NCBI GenBank assembly: GCA_038087875.1
Contig: CM075992.1
Coordinates: 8,558,001 to 8,622,000 of the forward strand
Reading direction: 5' to 3'
DNA length: 64,000 bases
Source of the DNA: Malacoraja senta
Lineage: Eukaryota
Program-made: the position numbers and the translations under genes
The notes under the pieces: generated by a model
Database searches by the model: none
The model's input: only the letters and a program-made list of their open reading frames with translations
Told to the model about the DNA's origin: nothing
Shown: one piece after another, positions 34,933 through 49,612 of the stretch
Position numbering within the stretch: the first letter of the stretch is position 1
Layout: each line of letters begins with the position of its first letter

Positions 34933-37900
34933 AAATTTAAAAAAAAATTATTTGAAGCATATGCATATCATAATCCAAACCAACACAAACTTTGTTTAAC
35001 AATTACATATTATCAGTATCCAGGATTCCAGGGACCCAGCTACCAAAGTAGCTGGCGTCCTCATTTATCGGTTACATATTAACATTGCCTCTAATTGTTT
35101 ATGTATATTTATAGATAGAAGAAATAAAGAGAAAAAAAGAAAATTAGAAAAATAGAATAAACTGTCAATAATACAACTTAGGAAATAGGTCCGTAGGTCA
35201 GAGAACATAACTATTCATCTAGTCCTGGATTCAAGTTTCAGTCAGGCTTCCGCGCCGGCCCAATCTACCCCTTCAAATAATCTATAATTGGAGACCATAT
35301 TCTAGTAAATAATTCTGGTTTGTCAATTAAGACAAATCTCATTTTTTCTAAATGTAAGGTCTCCGACATCTCCATAATCCACATTTTGATTGTGGGGGTT
35401 GCTGGGTTTTTCCAAAATTTTAATATTAATTTTTTCCCAATTATTATACTATAATCAAGGAAATTTCTTTGGTTTGTTGTAAGTTTTAGGTATTGTTCTG
35501 ATATGCCAAATATTATTAATTTAGGATCGGGATCCAGTTGGTTATTAACAACTGCGGAAATAATTTTTAAAATATCCATCCAGAATTTTTTTAATTTTTA
35601 TGCAATTTACAAAAGTATGGGTTAAATTAGCCGCTGAGTATTGACATTTGTCACAGACAGGAGAGATATTAGGAAAAATTCTATTTAATTTTATTTTAGA
35701 ATAATGCAGTCTATGTAGTACTTTAAATTGTCTTAAAGAATGTCTGGCATTTAATGAACATTGATGTATATGTTGTAGACTTTCATCCCAAATATCTTTC
35801 ATTAAAGGGTGAGCTAATTTATTTTCCCATGCTAGTCTATCTAATTCCGTCGATGGAATCTCACTGTCTAAAAGAGTATTATAAATGTAAGATATTAATT
35901 TGACTATTAGGGTGTATTAGAAACATTCATCTAGAATCTCTGGCTCTCTAGTTCTGTATTCTTGTGTATGTGATTTAACATAATCTTTTAAGTTGTAAAT
36001 ATCTAAAAAAAATATTTGAATGTAATCCATAATTCTGTTGTAACTCCTGAAACGAAAGAATAATACCTTTTCTATAAAGATGTCCCATCTTTTTAATTCC
36101 ATAATTTTTCCATTGTACAAAACCTTTATCCAACACTGAAGGTTTAAATGAAGGATTATTTGCAATGGGGAGAGAAAGTGATAAATTATCCAATTTTAAT
36201 GTATTATTTAGTTGTTTCCAAATTCGAATACCACTGTATATTATAGGATTTTCACTATAGATTTTGTAATTCAATTTTGTGGGAGCTAACAGAATCGGAC
36301 CAATTTTAAAAGGCAGACAATCTTCCTTTTCCATCTTTAACCAGTCTGGTTGTTGATCCATATCTTCCAACCAAAAATTCATATTTTTGACATTGACTGC
36401 CCAAAAGTAGAATAAAAAATTTGGTAAAACTAATCCTCCTTTCGTCTTGGATTTACATACGTGTTTTTTGCTTATTCTATGATTCTTATAATCCCAAATA
36501 AAACTTGTGACAATAGAATCAACTTTTTAAAATATTTTTTTTGGGAGATATATCAGAATTGATTGAAAAAGGTATAGTAATTGCGGAAGGAAAATCATTT
36601 TTATAGCATTAATTCTACCTAGCATTGAGATGGGAAGTGTTCTCCAATATTGAATATTCTTATGCAGTTTATTAAGTAAAGGCGGGAAATTTGATTTAAA
36701 TAAAGAAGTATATTTCTTGGTCACGTAAATTCCTAGGTATTTAAATTTTTCATTGACTATTTTAAAAGGTGATTGTTGCAATAGGTATAAATTTGGTTCC
36801 GTTATTGGCATAATCTCACTTTTATTCCAATTAATTCTATATCCCGAAAATAAACCAAATTGAGTTATAAGATTTAACAAGTTTGGAATGCTGATTTCTG
36901 GATTTATAATATATAGTAGTACATCATCTGCATATAGAGAGATTTTATTAACTGTATTTTTAGTATTATACCCATATATTTCTGGATGTGCTCTAACACT
37001 TTCTGCTAATGGTTCGATAGCAAGGGCGAATAATAACGGGGATAACGGGCATCCTTGTCTGCAACCTTAGATAAATCAAATTTTGTTGATAACATTTGAT
37101 TTGTCATTATTCTAGCTGTTGGGTTAGTATATAAAAGCTTAACCCATGTGCAAAACTTCTCACCCAGTTGAAATTTTTCCATCACCGAGAATAAATAGAG
37201 CCATTCCACTTGATCGAATGCTTTCTCAGCATCTAGCGAGATGACTGCTAGATCACATTAGCTATTCTATTTGAGTATATAATGTTAAATAATTGTCTCA
37301 GATTATAATATGAATAGCCTTTTGGAATAAAGCCTGTTTGATCGGGGTGTATTAATTTATGGATCACTAAACTTAATCTATGGGCTAACATTTTGGTTAA
37401 TATTTTCTGATCAGTGTTTAAGAGAGCAATTGCTCTATATGAACCTGGGTCTTCAGGGTCCTTATCCGTTTTGGGTACAAGTATTATTGTTGATTCATTT
37501 AAAGTTTCTGATAGTTTCTGTTGCATGAAGGCATGAGTATATAATGTCTATGGGCGTGGGGAGATCAGATCATGAAATGTTTTATAAAATTCACTATTTA
37601 AACCATCAGGGCCAGCAGCCTTTCCGTTTTTTAAAGATCTAATAGATTCTTCAATATCTTTTACTGATATCTCAGCCCCTAATAATTCCCTCTCTTTCAG
37701 ATCTAATCCTGTAAGATTACATTTCTGTAAAAATGATTCCATTCCTGCAGGACACACTGTCGTTTTGGTTGATAGTTTTGAGAAAATCTATCATTAATAT
37801 CCTTGGGTAATGTTAGTATTTCTCCCGTATCTGATCTGATTTTATAAATTGCTTTTTTCCCCTTCCTGTTTCCGGAGTTGACGTGCTAGTAGTTTTTGTG

Positions 37901-40900
37901 GTTTATCACCGAACTCAAAGTGTAGTTGTTTAGTATTTTGATAAAGTTTTATGATTTGATCTGGATATATTTGGTTTAACTTATATTTGAGTGCAGCAAT
38001 TTTATTATGTATTATCGTAGAGGGCACAATTGCATTTTCCATATCTAATTGCCTTATTTCCATTTCCAATACCTGTTGTTTGGCACGATTCTCTTTATTA
38101 CGAAAGGCTTGCGCGGAGATTAACGCTCCTCGTATAAATGCTTTAAATGTTTCCCAAAGGAGGGAGGCAGATATTTCAGGGCAGTCATTGATCTCGAAAA
38201 ACATATTATCTGTGTGATAAGATATTCGTAACATGCTTTATCATTTAAAATTTGAGGATTAAGTCTCCATTGTGTCTGCTTCTCAGTCATTCCACTTAGT
38301 TTGATCATAAATGTTAAAGGAGCATGGTCCGAAATTATAATATTATGATATTTCAAATTATAAGTAAATGGGACAAGTTTAGAGTCTACTAAAAAGTAGT
38401 CTATCCTTGAATAAGTTTTATGTACCGGTGAGTAGAATGAATATTCCCTTCCGAATGGGTTTTCAATTCTCCAAACATCTTTGATATTAGTAGTATTAAT
38501 GTATGAATTTAATAATTTGCTTGTCTTGGATTTTACTTTTCTTTGCCTTGATGATCTAACCAGATAAGAATCTAGTGTACAATCTAAATCTCCACCAATT
38601 ATCAAATTATGTTGTGTGAGTTCCAGGATAGTATTAAGTGTATTCTTAAAAAACAAAGGGTTGTCAAAATTTGGTCCATAAACATTGAGAAGAATCACTT
38701 GTTTTAGATATAATTCACCCACTAGTATATATCTACCATTAATGTCCGCAATAGTTGATATGTGTTTAAAAGGTATACCTTTACGGATTAAAATTGCGAC
38801 CCCTCTGGCCTTATGGGAGAATGAAGAATGATATGTTTCAGTAATCCATTTTGCTTTCAATCTATGTTGTGCTTCGTTTTTAAGGTGAGTTTCTTGAAGA
38901 AATTTTATATCCGCATTGAGTGTCTTTAAGTGTGCTAATACTTTACCTCTCTTGATTGGTTCATTAATTCCCTTAACGTTCCAGCTACAAAAAGTAATTC
39001 CTTGACCCCCGTTTTTTCTATTGACATCTTGCATCTTACGGTTAGGGTAGTCTATAAAAGAGCAGATAGCTCAGCACAGTAAACCAGACATTCCAGCCGA
39101 ACACAAGACAGATGTGTTTTAAATCTAATAAATCTTCTTCCCGGACATATCTCCATAAATAATACTCATAATTCAATTCAAGTTTAAGATAGTAATTAAG
39201 TAAAAAATAAAGAAATTAAAAAAATAAAGGGTTAGTAAAGTGCAAGAAAAAAAATAAACTACATCTACAATTAGTGTAGTTAGTGATAGCCACACTAGCG
39301 TGGCTGGCCATCTAAGGACTTCCGTAAGGCTACATCCAGTAGCCTTAGAAAAAATTATTAGTAGCTCCACGCTATAGTAAAAAAAAAAATTCAATAAATG
39401 TAATTTATGGGATCGATAATAGAACTATTTTGGTCCAAAAGATTAGTAATCATGTAATGAGAAACTATTACTCTCTTGGCTAAGTATTAGTCAAATGTTA
39501 GACTGATTTAAAAAGAAAAGAAAAAACATACGAAATTTTTATTAATAAAATAACTAGATTATACATTGTTTACAATTTCTAACAATAATAACAATTATTC
39601 TTAATAATTAGTAATTGTTAGTAATAAATAGTACTAAAATATTAAAATAATATGTCCGTAGCAAGAAGGTTTGCTCAGCTGTCGTTATCAGCTTTCATTA
39701 GTCCTTGAGTAAAGCGGTTTAAAGTTCTGTTTATTCTCAGCAAGATGAAGATATCATATGAATATTATTTAATCATCACTCGAGTCCACGATATTCTGGG
39801 CAAACGCCAATGCCTCCTTGTGATCACTGAAAATATGTTCCTTCTGCTTATAGGTGACTCAATCTTGCAGGGTACAGCAGTCCATATCTCAAGTTGTCTG
39901 TCTTCTTAAGAATCCCTCTTGCCTCGGTAAATAATGCTCTCCTTCTGACCACCTCTGCAGGATAATCTCTAAATATGCTAATTTTGTCTCCCTCAAACAG
40001 AAGATTTCTGGTGCCAGCAATTTTTTTCATGATATCATCCAAAACATGATCGAATTGCACCTTCACTATCAGTTGCCTTGGGGGGGGGCGTTCGGGTCTG
40101 GACGACGTCCCAGAACTCTGTGTGCCCAGCCTAATAAAGGCTTTTGATCTAAATTCAAGACTTTTTAAAATAAGTCTGCGGCAAAGTCACGAAGATCTTT
40201 AGTTCCTTCTTTACCTTCTCGAACGCCAACAATTCTTAAATTCTGACGTCTCTGACGTCCCTCCAAGTCAATACATTTTTCAGTTACTTTATGCAGTAAG
40301 TCTGATAAACGCTTGTTCTCGGCGAGAAGTGTATTTGTAGTGTCAGAGCTCGTTTCGGCAATTGACTCCAATTGAGTTATGGCTTCAGTTTGTTGATTTA
40401 TTGCGGTGAAGGCAGGATCCAACCTAGCATTAAGGTTGGATTCAATCGACTTAATTTTCACGTTTACTTCTTTGATTTGTAAATCGAGATTTGCAGACAT
40501 TTCATCCTTCATGTAGCCAGTTCTTCACGGACAAAATTAGTGATTTTATCTTCAAAATCTGAGAGTTCTTTAATTTCTTTTAAAAAACATTTCAGTATTT
40601 CTTTAATGTTCATTTCTTTTTTAAAGTTTATCAATTTTTCTCTTATACTTGCAGTTTCCTTTGAGATAAGGATGCAAAGTTCCTCCATTTCACTTTTCTT
40701 TGTCTTTGTCTTCTGGCCCTTTGAAACAGTTATAATGGGTGACTTCAATCTACATATAGATTGGGTGAATCAAATTGGCAGGGGTGCTGAGGAAGAGGAT
40801 TTCTTGGAATGTATGCGGGATAGTTTTCTAAACCAACATGTAGAGGAACCAATGAGAGAGCAAGCTATTCAAGACTGGGTATTGAGTAATGAGGAAGGGT

Positions 40901-43504
40901 TAGTTAGCACTCTTGTTGTGCGTGGCCCCTTGGGCAAGAGTGACCATAATATGGTTGAGTTCTTCATTAGGATGGAGAGTGACATAATTAATTCAGAAAC
41001 AAGGGTTCTGAACTTAAAGAAAGGTAACTGACGGTATGAGACGTGAATTGGCCAAGATAGACTGGCAATTGATTCTTAAAGGGTTGACGGTGGATATGCA
41101 ATGGAAGGCATTTAAAGACTGCATGGATGAACTACAATAATTGTTCATCCCAGTTTGGCAAAAGAATAAATCAGGGAAGGTAGTGCATCCGTGGATAACA
41201 AGGGAAATCAGGGATAGTATCAAAACAAAAGATGAAGCGTACAAATTAGCCAGAAAAAGCAGCCTACCAGAGGACTGGGAGAAATTCACAGTCCAGCAGA
41301 GGAGGACAAAGGGCTTAATTAGGAAAGGGAAAATAGATTATGAAAGAAAACTGGCAGGGAACATAAAAACTGACTGCAAAAGTTTTTATAGATATGTGAA
41401 GAGAAAAAGATTAGTTAAAGCAAATGTAGGTCCCTTGCAGTCAGAAACAGGTCAATTGATCATGGGGAACAAGGACATGGCAGACCAATTGAATAACAAT
41501 TTTGGTCTGTCTTCACTAAGGAAGACATAAATAATCTGCCGGAAATAGCAGGGGACCAGGGGTCAAATGAGATGGAGGAACTGAGTGAAATCCAGGTTAG
41601 CCGGGAAGTGGTGTTAGGTAAATTGAATGGATTAAAGGCCGATAAATCCCCAGGGCCAGATAGGCTGCATCCCAGAGTACTCAAGGAAGTAGCCCCAGAA
41701 ATAGTGGATGCATTAGTGATAATTTTTCAAAATTCTTTAGATTCTGGAGTAGTTCCTGAGGATTGGAGGGTAGCTAATGTAACCCCACTTTTTAAAAGGG
41801 AGGGAGAGAAAATGGGGAATTACAGACCAGTTAGTCTAACATCGGTAGTGGGGACAAATGCTAGAGTCAGTTATTAAAGATGGGATAGCAGCACATTTGG
41901 AAAGTGGTGAAATCGTTGGACAAAGTCAGCATGGATTTATGAAAGGTAAATCATGTCTCACGAATCGTATAGAATTTTTCGAGGATATAACTAGTAGAGT
42001 GTATAATGGAGAACCAGTGGATGTGTTATATCTGGACTTTCAGAAGGCTTTTTGACAAGGTCCCACATAAGAGATTAGTATACAAACTTAAAGCACACGG
42101 TATTGGGGGTTCAGTATTGATGTGGATAGAGAACTGGCTGGCAGACAGGAAGCAAAGAGTAGGAGTAAACGGATCCTTTTCATAATGGCAGGCAGTGACT
42201 AATGGGGTACCGCAAGGCTCAGTGCTGGGACCCCAGCTATTTACAATATATATTAATGATTTGAACGAGGGAATTGAATGCAACATCTCCAAGTTTGCGG
42301 ATGACACGAAGCTGGGGGGCAGTATTAGCTGTGAGGAGGATGCTAGGAGGCTGCAAGGTGACTTGGATAGGTTGGGTGAGTGGGCAAATGCATGGCAGAT
42401 GCAGTATAATGTGGATAAATGTGAGGTTATCCACTTTGGTGGCAAAAACAGGAATGTAGACTATTATCTGAATGGTGGCCGATTAGGAAAAGGGGAGATG
42501 CAACGAGACCTGGGTGTCATGGTACACCAGTCATTGAAAGTAGGCATGCAGGTGCAGCAGGCAGTGAAGAAAGCGAATGGTATGTTAGCATTCATAGCAA
42601 AAGGATTTGAGTATAGGAGCAGGGAGGTTCTACTGCAGTTGTACAGGGTCTTGGTGAGACCACACCTGGAGAATTGCGTACAGTTTTGATCTCCAAATCT
42701 GAGGAAAGACATTCTTGCCATAGAGGGAGTACAGAGAAGGTTCACCAGACTGATTCCTGGGATGTCAGGACTTTCATATGAAGAAAGACTGGATAGACTC
42801 GGCTTGTACTCGCTAGAATTTAGAAGATTGAGGGGGGATCTTATAGAAAGTTACAAAATTCTGAAGGGGTTGGACAGGCTAGATGCAGGAAGATTGTTCC
42901 CGATGTTGGGGAAGTCCAGAACAAGGGGTCACAGTTTAAGGATAAGGGGGAAGTCTTTTGGGACCGAGATGAGAAAAACATTTTTCACACAGAGAGTGGT
43001 GAATCTGTGGAATTCTCTGCCACAGAAGGTAGTTGAGGCCAGTTCATTGGCTATATTGAAGAGAGAGTTAGATGTGGCCCTTGTGGCTAAAGTGATCAGG
43101 GGGTATGGAGAGAAGGCAGGCACGGGATACTGAGTTGGATGATCAGCCATGATCATATTGAATGGCGATGCAGGCTCGAAGGGCCGAATGGCCTACTCCT
43201 GCACCTATTTTCTATGTTTCTGTTTCTATGAAACGTCCTCCTGGGACGACGTTAAAAGTGAGCCCAAGGCTTCAGTCGGGCCTGCTTCTTCCACCGGTTG
43301 TTTGCCCTTTCGGGGTTTTTTAGCCAGTCCCTTTGAGGGGGAGTGCTATACCGACATTGGATCTCCGGAGTCGCGGTCTGATGACGTCACTCAAGCTGCC
43401 AGTGCGATCTCTGCAGGTCAGTCCTTTATTTTTCTCCCGTTTTCTCGGATTTTAGCGTGGAGCTAGCTGGCGCACACCTCTACTCCACCATTAGCCCCAC
43501 CGGA
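34933..43504 (-). mobile_element. Near full-length decayed L1/Tx1-clade LINE (5' end about 43504; ORF1 fragments about 40.7-39.8 kb; ORF2 fragments 39034-35265), interrupted by CR1
   Basis: SWNVKG, LQETH, SRIDYF, GPDG, CDKC..H..C motifs with many frameshifts; TSD-like TGGTGC(C/T)TTTT at 34921 and 43505. Confidence 0.88.
40728..43228 (+). mobile_element. 5'-truncated CR1 LINE nested in the L1 ORF1 region, 6-bp TSD
   Basis: MGDFN, SDH, KFADD motifs; (TTTCTATG) tail; TGAAAC at 40722-40727 and 43229-43234. Confidence 0.93.
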
Positions 43505-45275
43505 TGGTGCTTTTTTTTAGTTTCATTTAGAGATACAGCACAGAAATAGGCCATTCGGCCCACTGAGTCCACGCTGTACAGGGACCACCGATCCCTGTAC
43601 TCTAACACTATCCCACACACACTGGGGACAATTTACAATTTTACCAAACCAATTAACCTACAAACCTGCACGTCTTTGCAGTGTGGGAGGAAACCGGAGC
43701 ACCCGGAGAAAACCCACGCAGGTCACCGGGAGAATGTATACACTCCGTAGTCAGGATGGAACCCGGGTCTCTGGCGCTGTGAGGCAGCAACTCTACCGCT
43801 ACGCCACCGTGCCACCCTCTTATGGTGCAATGGTTAATTGCTGTCGAGTATGCAGTGCATGGTGAAATTCTTTAGCACAATCCACAGATGCATAGTCGCC
43901 ATATTTTGGTGAGGTTTACAAACGAAAATGTCCAAATTCCAAAGTCGGGTTGACGTGCTGGAAGTACTGGAACCCCCCCCTGATCCAGGTAAGCCCAGGT
44001 ACCTTACCTAGGCTTTACCTGGGCTTACCTGTATTACCTGGGCCAGGTAAAATCATGAGAGGAATAGATCGGATAGACGCACAGAGTCTTCTACCCAGAG
44101 TAGGGGAATTGAGGACCAGAGGACATAGTTTCAAGGTAAAGGGGAAAGGATTTAACAGGAATCCGAGGGGTAACTTTTTCACACAGAGGGTGGTGAGTGT
44201 ATGGAACAAGCTGCCAGAGGAGATAGTTGAGGCTGGGACTATCCCTTCGTTTACGAAACATTTGGACAGGTACATGGATAAGACAAGTATGGAGACCCCA
44301 CATCCCTCTCCTCGCCCGACCAATGTCCGGTGCTAGTCTAGCTGATCTGCGCCTATCTACTTTGTGATTATTGGCATGAAAGCCCATTGTTAACGGAACA
44401 TAAATATGAAGCTGAGGTCAGGATGGCTGGCCAGAGCCTGCCTGGTGTTTGTTGGCGGCTCCACTATGAACCCTGTGTGTCTTTCTACCGACAGGTAAGA
44501 GGGTGCTACCAGCGTGGCTTCACGAAGTGCTTCGCTCGGCTGGTTAGATGGACACCAGTCGCTGCCTCCACCTCCTCCTCCAACCTGGTACAAGCTCTAA
44601 GGCTCTTGGTGCGGGAGATCTTTGGAGACTCAGCCATTTCCTTGATTAGTACGGGTGTCGGGTTACGGGGAGTTGGGAGGAGAATGGGGTTCGGAGGGAG
44701 AGATAGATCAGCCATGATTGAATGGCGGAGTAGACTTGATGGGCCGAATGGCCTAATTCTGCCCCTATCACATGAACATGTCTTGTGTATAGATTTCTGG
44801 ATTTGAGGGGCTTTGTGGGAGTGGGGGTTGTGCAGGGAAATAGTGTGCTTGTGGAAGATGAGCCATGATCTTGGTGAATGGACTGGATCAGCCACGATTG
44901 AATGGCGGAGTAGACTCAATGGGCCGAATGGCCTAATTCTGCTCCTATCACCTATGACCTTATCCATCTTTCTGTTCCCCTTGTCATCGCCAAGGCTTGT
45001 ATTGAGGCCGAGGGCAGACGCAAAATGCTGGAGTAACTCGGCGGGACAGGAATCTTGCTGCAAGTAAGAATGCTTTTTAACAGAGAGGATTTTAGAAATC
45101 GGCAGGAAGAAGTCGACTGGGCTTATATTCACCAGAATTTAGAAGGATGAGAGGATATCTTAAAGAAACATGGAAAATTCTTACGGGATTGGACAGGCAT
45201 TAGATGCAGGAAAAATGTTCCCCATGTTGGGGGAGTCCAGAACCAGGGGTCATACACTTTACGAATAAGGGTCTT

Positions 45276-45477
45276 TGTAGATGACATGTGCATCTACCTT
45301 TAACATAGTGACCTCACCACTACTAACCACTCCCCACATCACTAGTATAATTACAACCTTCCTACCCAGTGCTCTCTCTCTGGTTCCGGTGACAGACCAC
45401 GAACAGCTAGGGCAGTAAAGTATGTGTGTCATGAATAAACAGTAGCAAAGACACAGTGTGTTATGATCCTCTTTACA
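45276..45477 (+). repeat. Gypsy 5' LTR
   Basis: About 6 substitutions + 1 indel versus the 3' LTR. Confidence 0.93.
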
Positions 45478-48400
45478 TGGTGTCAGCATCGTACCTTTGC
45501 GCCTCCAGTTTACCGGGTTTTCTTTCCTTTGACCCGTTTCCCCATTGTGTTTTTTTATCTCCCGTGCCATGGCTACTTCTTGCCGTAAACCCGATATGCT
45601 GGTCTTCGACTCGGAAATTGCCCATCGGTGGGGTGTCTTTAGACGTGACTTCCAACACTACGTCACGATCGCCCATCCTGCTGCCACCCATGCTACACGG
45701 GCTTCTCTGCTTCTCAACCTGGCTGGTCCCGATGCCCTGGAACGGGCTGAGTCATTTGTCTATGGTGCAGGTGAAGATGCTCGGGACCCGGTATGTCTTA
45801 TGGCTAAGTTTACCGCAATGTGCGACATCCCCACTAACTGCATTCTAGAGCGTTTTAAAATGTTCACCCGGCGTCAGATCTCTGGAGAGTCAATCGATAA
45901 CTATATCGCAGCGTTGCGTCACCTGGCCAGGCGTTGCAGCCTGGACACACTGACCCCCGATCAACTGACCCGGGACATTTTAGTGTATGGTCTTCAAGAT
46001 GAAAAACTAAGGGCTGAACTTCTGCGGAAGCACGACCTGTCTTAACCGAGGCTCTGCAAAACTCCCGCATGGCTGAGGCTGTCGCCTCGGCGGTGTCGTC
46101 TGCTGATCATGACATTAACTTTGCCAGTGTTGCTGGCCGCCGCGGGGGTCCCCTGCACCCGGTGGTAGCAGCCCACAGCGGTGCCCCAACTGCAACTTTA
46201 CCTCCCATCAGTCTAATGTGTGCCCTGCACTGGGAAAAAGTGCAACTTTTGCAGGAAATTGAACCATTTCTCTGCCGCCTGTCGCTCCCGTGGGAAGCCA
46301 ATTCCTGCTCCTCGCCGAATGTTAAACAACCTTGCTCGAGCTGATGAACTCCTTTTGTCTGATACAAGTTCCTCCCAGGGGGAGACCAGCATATTTTCGG
46401 TGTTGGATGCACCTGCACTGATAACGGACCCTTCGGTTCGCGTTACTGTCAACGGCTCGACCTTCACCGCCAAACTCGACACGGGGGCCGTGACCAATGT
46501 AATGTCAATAAGCCTCTTCAAGAAGATAAGGACTGATGAGAAAGTTACTTCCGATAACTCCCTGTTGCATGCCTACGGGGGAAGCGTGCTTGTTCCGGTG
46601 GGAGGGCTACCCTGCACTGCATGCCTCTCGGCCCCTCACTTTTTATCTACTGGATACTAACAACATCACCCTGTTGGGTGCCCGGGCGTGCCAGGACCTC
46701 GGCTTGGTCTCTTTCCACCGTGATATCCACCAGGTGCGGACCCTTATGGACCCCCTGCGCGAATACCCTGACCGTTTTGATGACAAGCTGGGCAAGCTGC
46801 CCTGCAGCTACAAGATTGTTGTCGACCTCGGTGTTGAACCTATGATCCGTCCACCACACCGCGTCTCCTTCGCCATGAAGGACAAGGTGGAGTTAACGCT
46901 GCTCAACATGGTTACCATGGGCATCCTGAAGGAGGTGAGCGAACCCACCCGGTGGGTCTCAACCATGGTTGTTGCTGCAAAAAAGGACAAAAGTGAAATT
47001 CGCATTTGCATCAACCCCAAAGACCTGAACCATGCCATCAGACGCCCTCATTACCCCATGCGAACAGTGGAGGACGTCGCTGCACAGGTTGGCCCGGCCA
47101 CTGTCTTCTCGGTTCTCGATGCCAAGAGCTCCTTCTGGCAGATACCGCTGGACGAGCGGTCCTCCTACCTGACTACCTTCAGCACGCCCTTCGGCAGGTT
47201 CCGATTCCTCCGCATGCCATTCGGGATCAACTCTGCCAGCGAGGTCTTCCAGCGGACGATGGAGCAGCTGTTCGCCGGTCTGCCGTGTGCCATCATCGTT
47301 GATGACATCCTGGTCTACGGTAAGGACGTTGCTGAGCACGATCTCCACCTCCGTCAAGTCCTGGACCGGGCCCGTGAAATCAACCTCAAACTAAACCCAA
47401 AGAAGTGCCGTTTCCGCGTCCCGGAGGTCACCTATGTGGGCCACGTCTTTATCGCATCGGGGCTGAAGCCTGACCCACAGAAGACGGCTGCGGTCTCCGG
47501 GATGTCTTCACCCACCGACGTGCCCAGCCTGCAGCGTTTCTTGGGCATGGTTAATTACTTGGGGAAGTTCATCCCCGACCTCAGCGAGCTGAGCGCGCCC
47601 CTGAGGGAGTTGATCAAGAAGGACACTGCCTGGGCCTGGTTCCCGCATCACCAGAAAGCTTTTGACGTTCTGAAGTCCAGGCTGGCCAGTACACCCACTC
47701 TCCAATTCTTCGATCTGCAGCGTCCCATTGTTCTTACCTGCGACGCCTCCAAGTTCGGTCTTGGTGCTGCTTGCCTGCAGCTCCACGATGGCCTGCAGCT
47801 GCCTGTTTCCTACGCGTCCCGCACCATGGCCCCTGCCGAGCAGTGCTATGCTCAGATAGAGAAGGAACTGCTTGCTCTATCCAAGGTCAAGGACTATATT
47901 CTGGGCAACAGCTTCACGATCGAGACCGACCATCAGCCGCTGGTCTCTATCCTCAACAAGCCGATCCACGTTGCCTCGTCCCGTTTGCAGCGCATGATGC
48001 TGCAGCTCCAGCGTTTTACGTTCAAAATTGTATATCGCAAGGGCAAGGACATGTTCGTGGCCGACACGTTGTCCCGCGCACCGCTAACGTCCACCGATCG
48101 CCATCCATATGAATCGTCTGACCTGATGGTGTGCCTTCCCAGCAGATGCAGTCCCTGGTCAGCAACACTGCCAAGGATCCTGCCCTGCAGCAGCTTGCCG
48201 ACGTCATCAGGCATGGCTGGCCAGACCGTCGTTCATCCTTGCCGGAGTCGTGCCCTACTTCCTGGTCCGTGACGAGCTCGTGCTGCACGACGGCGTGGTC
48301 GTAAAGGGACACAAGATCGTTGTGCCTGCTGCCCTGCGGGACCAATACTTTCAGACCGCCCACCGCGGTGATCCTGGGGCCGAGGCCACCCTGTCTCAGG

Positions 48401-49612
48401 CCCAGAGTTTGTTCTACTGGCCCAGCATGGCCCAAGACATCCGGGAGAGGGTCTCCGCTTGCTCTGTCTGCAATAGCCTCGCTCCCCATCAGCAACGGCA
48501 GCCGCTTCTGCAACAGCCTGCCCCCGAGCTGCCCTGGATGACCGTCGCCGCTGACATTTTTGAGTGGCGTGGCAAGCATTTCCTGGTTCTTGTGGACTCG
48601 TACTCCAGCTGGTTCGAGGTTGACCAGCTGCACTCCCTCACCTCTTCGGCCGTTATCGGGAGGCTGCGCCGCCACTTCGGAACCTTTGGCACCCCGGCAA
48701 GTCTTCAATCGGACAACGGCAGCCAGTTCTCGAGTGCCGAATTTCGGAGTTTCGCTGCCAGCTGGAACTTCCGACACTATACCAGCAGCCCCGGAGTACC
48801 CTCAAAGCAACGGCTTGGCAGAGCGCGCTGTCCGCAGTGCTAAGGACTTGCTGGAACATTGTAGACTGTCCCATTCTGACTTTTACCTGGCCCTCCTCAA
48901 CCTTCGAAACATTTGCCGCGACACTGCCTTGGGCTCCCCAGCACAACGGCTGATGTCTCGCACTACGAGACCTCCGATCCCGGTGACCCAGCGGTCCCTC
49001 GTTCCCTCTGTTCTCCAGCCCGCTGCTGTCCAGGAGCGCATTGCCCTCAAACATGATAACCAAAAGCGCTCCCACGACAAGTCCTGCCGTCCCCTCCCGC
49101 CTCTGTTCCCTGGCCAAGTCGTCCGGATGCAGTCCCCCTCCGGTCACCCCAGGCTTGCCATCGTCGTCGGTACTGCTGGTTCGCCGCGGTCCTATCTAGT
49201 CGACCATGACGGTACTATTTACCGCCGGTCCCGCCAACATCTGCAGCTTGTTAACGAGCCCCCACCTCCGCCTGCAGACCCCTTTTCCCCCCCACAGTCT
49301 GCCACGTTGCCTGCCCCTCCAGCCAGTTCTCCCTCGCCTGCCCGTCTTCCCGCTACTGCTCCTGCCTCCCCTGCTCCGTCTCCGTTTTCTCTTTCTCCTC
49401 CCGATTCCCCGGTTCTCTCACCCGCGCCTGCTCCTACTCATGTTCCTCCTGCAGAGGGGGGAGATGGCGAGCTGCGTACCCGGCCCGGGCGGGTGGTCAG
49501 GCCGCCTGTCCGTTATGGTGATTTTGCTTAACTGTTTGCTCACCTGCTCGTAGCGTATGAGATGTGGTCGCCCTGTCACTACGGTATTGCTTTTTATTTC
49601 CATGGGGAAAGA

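Larger units (their letters stand above)
28686..44587 (+). pseudogene. ADGRE: Adhesion GPCR (ADGRE/EMR-like) pseudogene: exons 28686-28790 (GAIN-like), 30967-~31090 (TM1), 31289-~31517 (TM3-4), 31979-32044, 33537-33616, 34294-34462 (TM6-7), 44495-44587 (helix 8)
   Basis: Motifs ITSVGLS..LCLLLAIATF, CAVITATLHYLFLAVFVWMFLEG, CWIS, GQLVILGSTWIFG, YIFSILNSFQGMFIFITHCL, VRGCY, mostly with AG/GT boundaries. Lesions: frameshift near 31022, TM2 missing, +1 frameshift near 31496, donor GT->AT at 32045. Confidence 0.82.

Noticed and set aside
44995..45036. Terminal exon of the + strand ADGRE pseudogene (ACIEAEGRRKMLE*)
   Set aside because: An acceptor-like site exists, but the frame runs into a Penelope-derived repeat and shows no similarity to the paralog's last exon.
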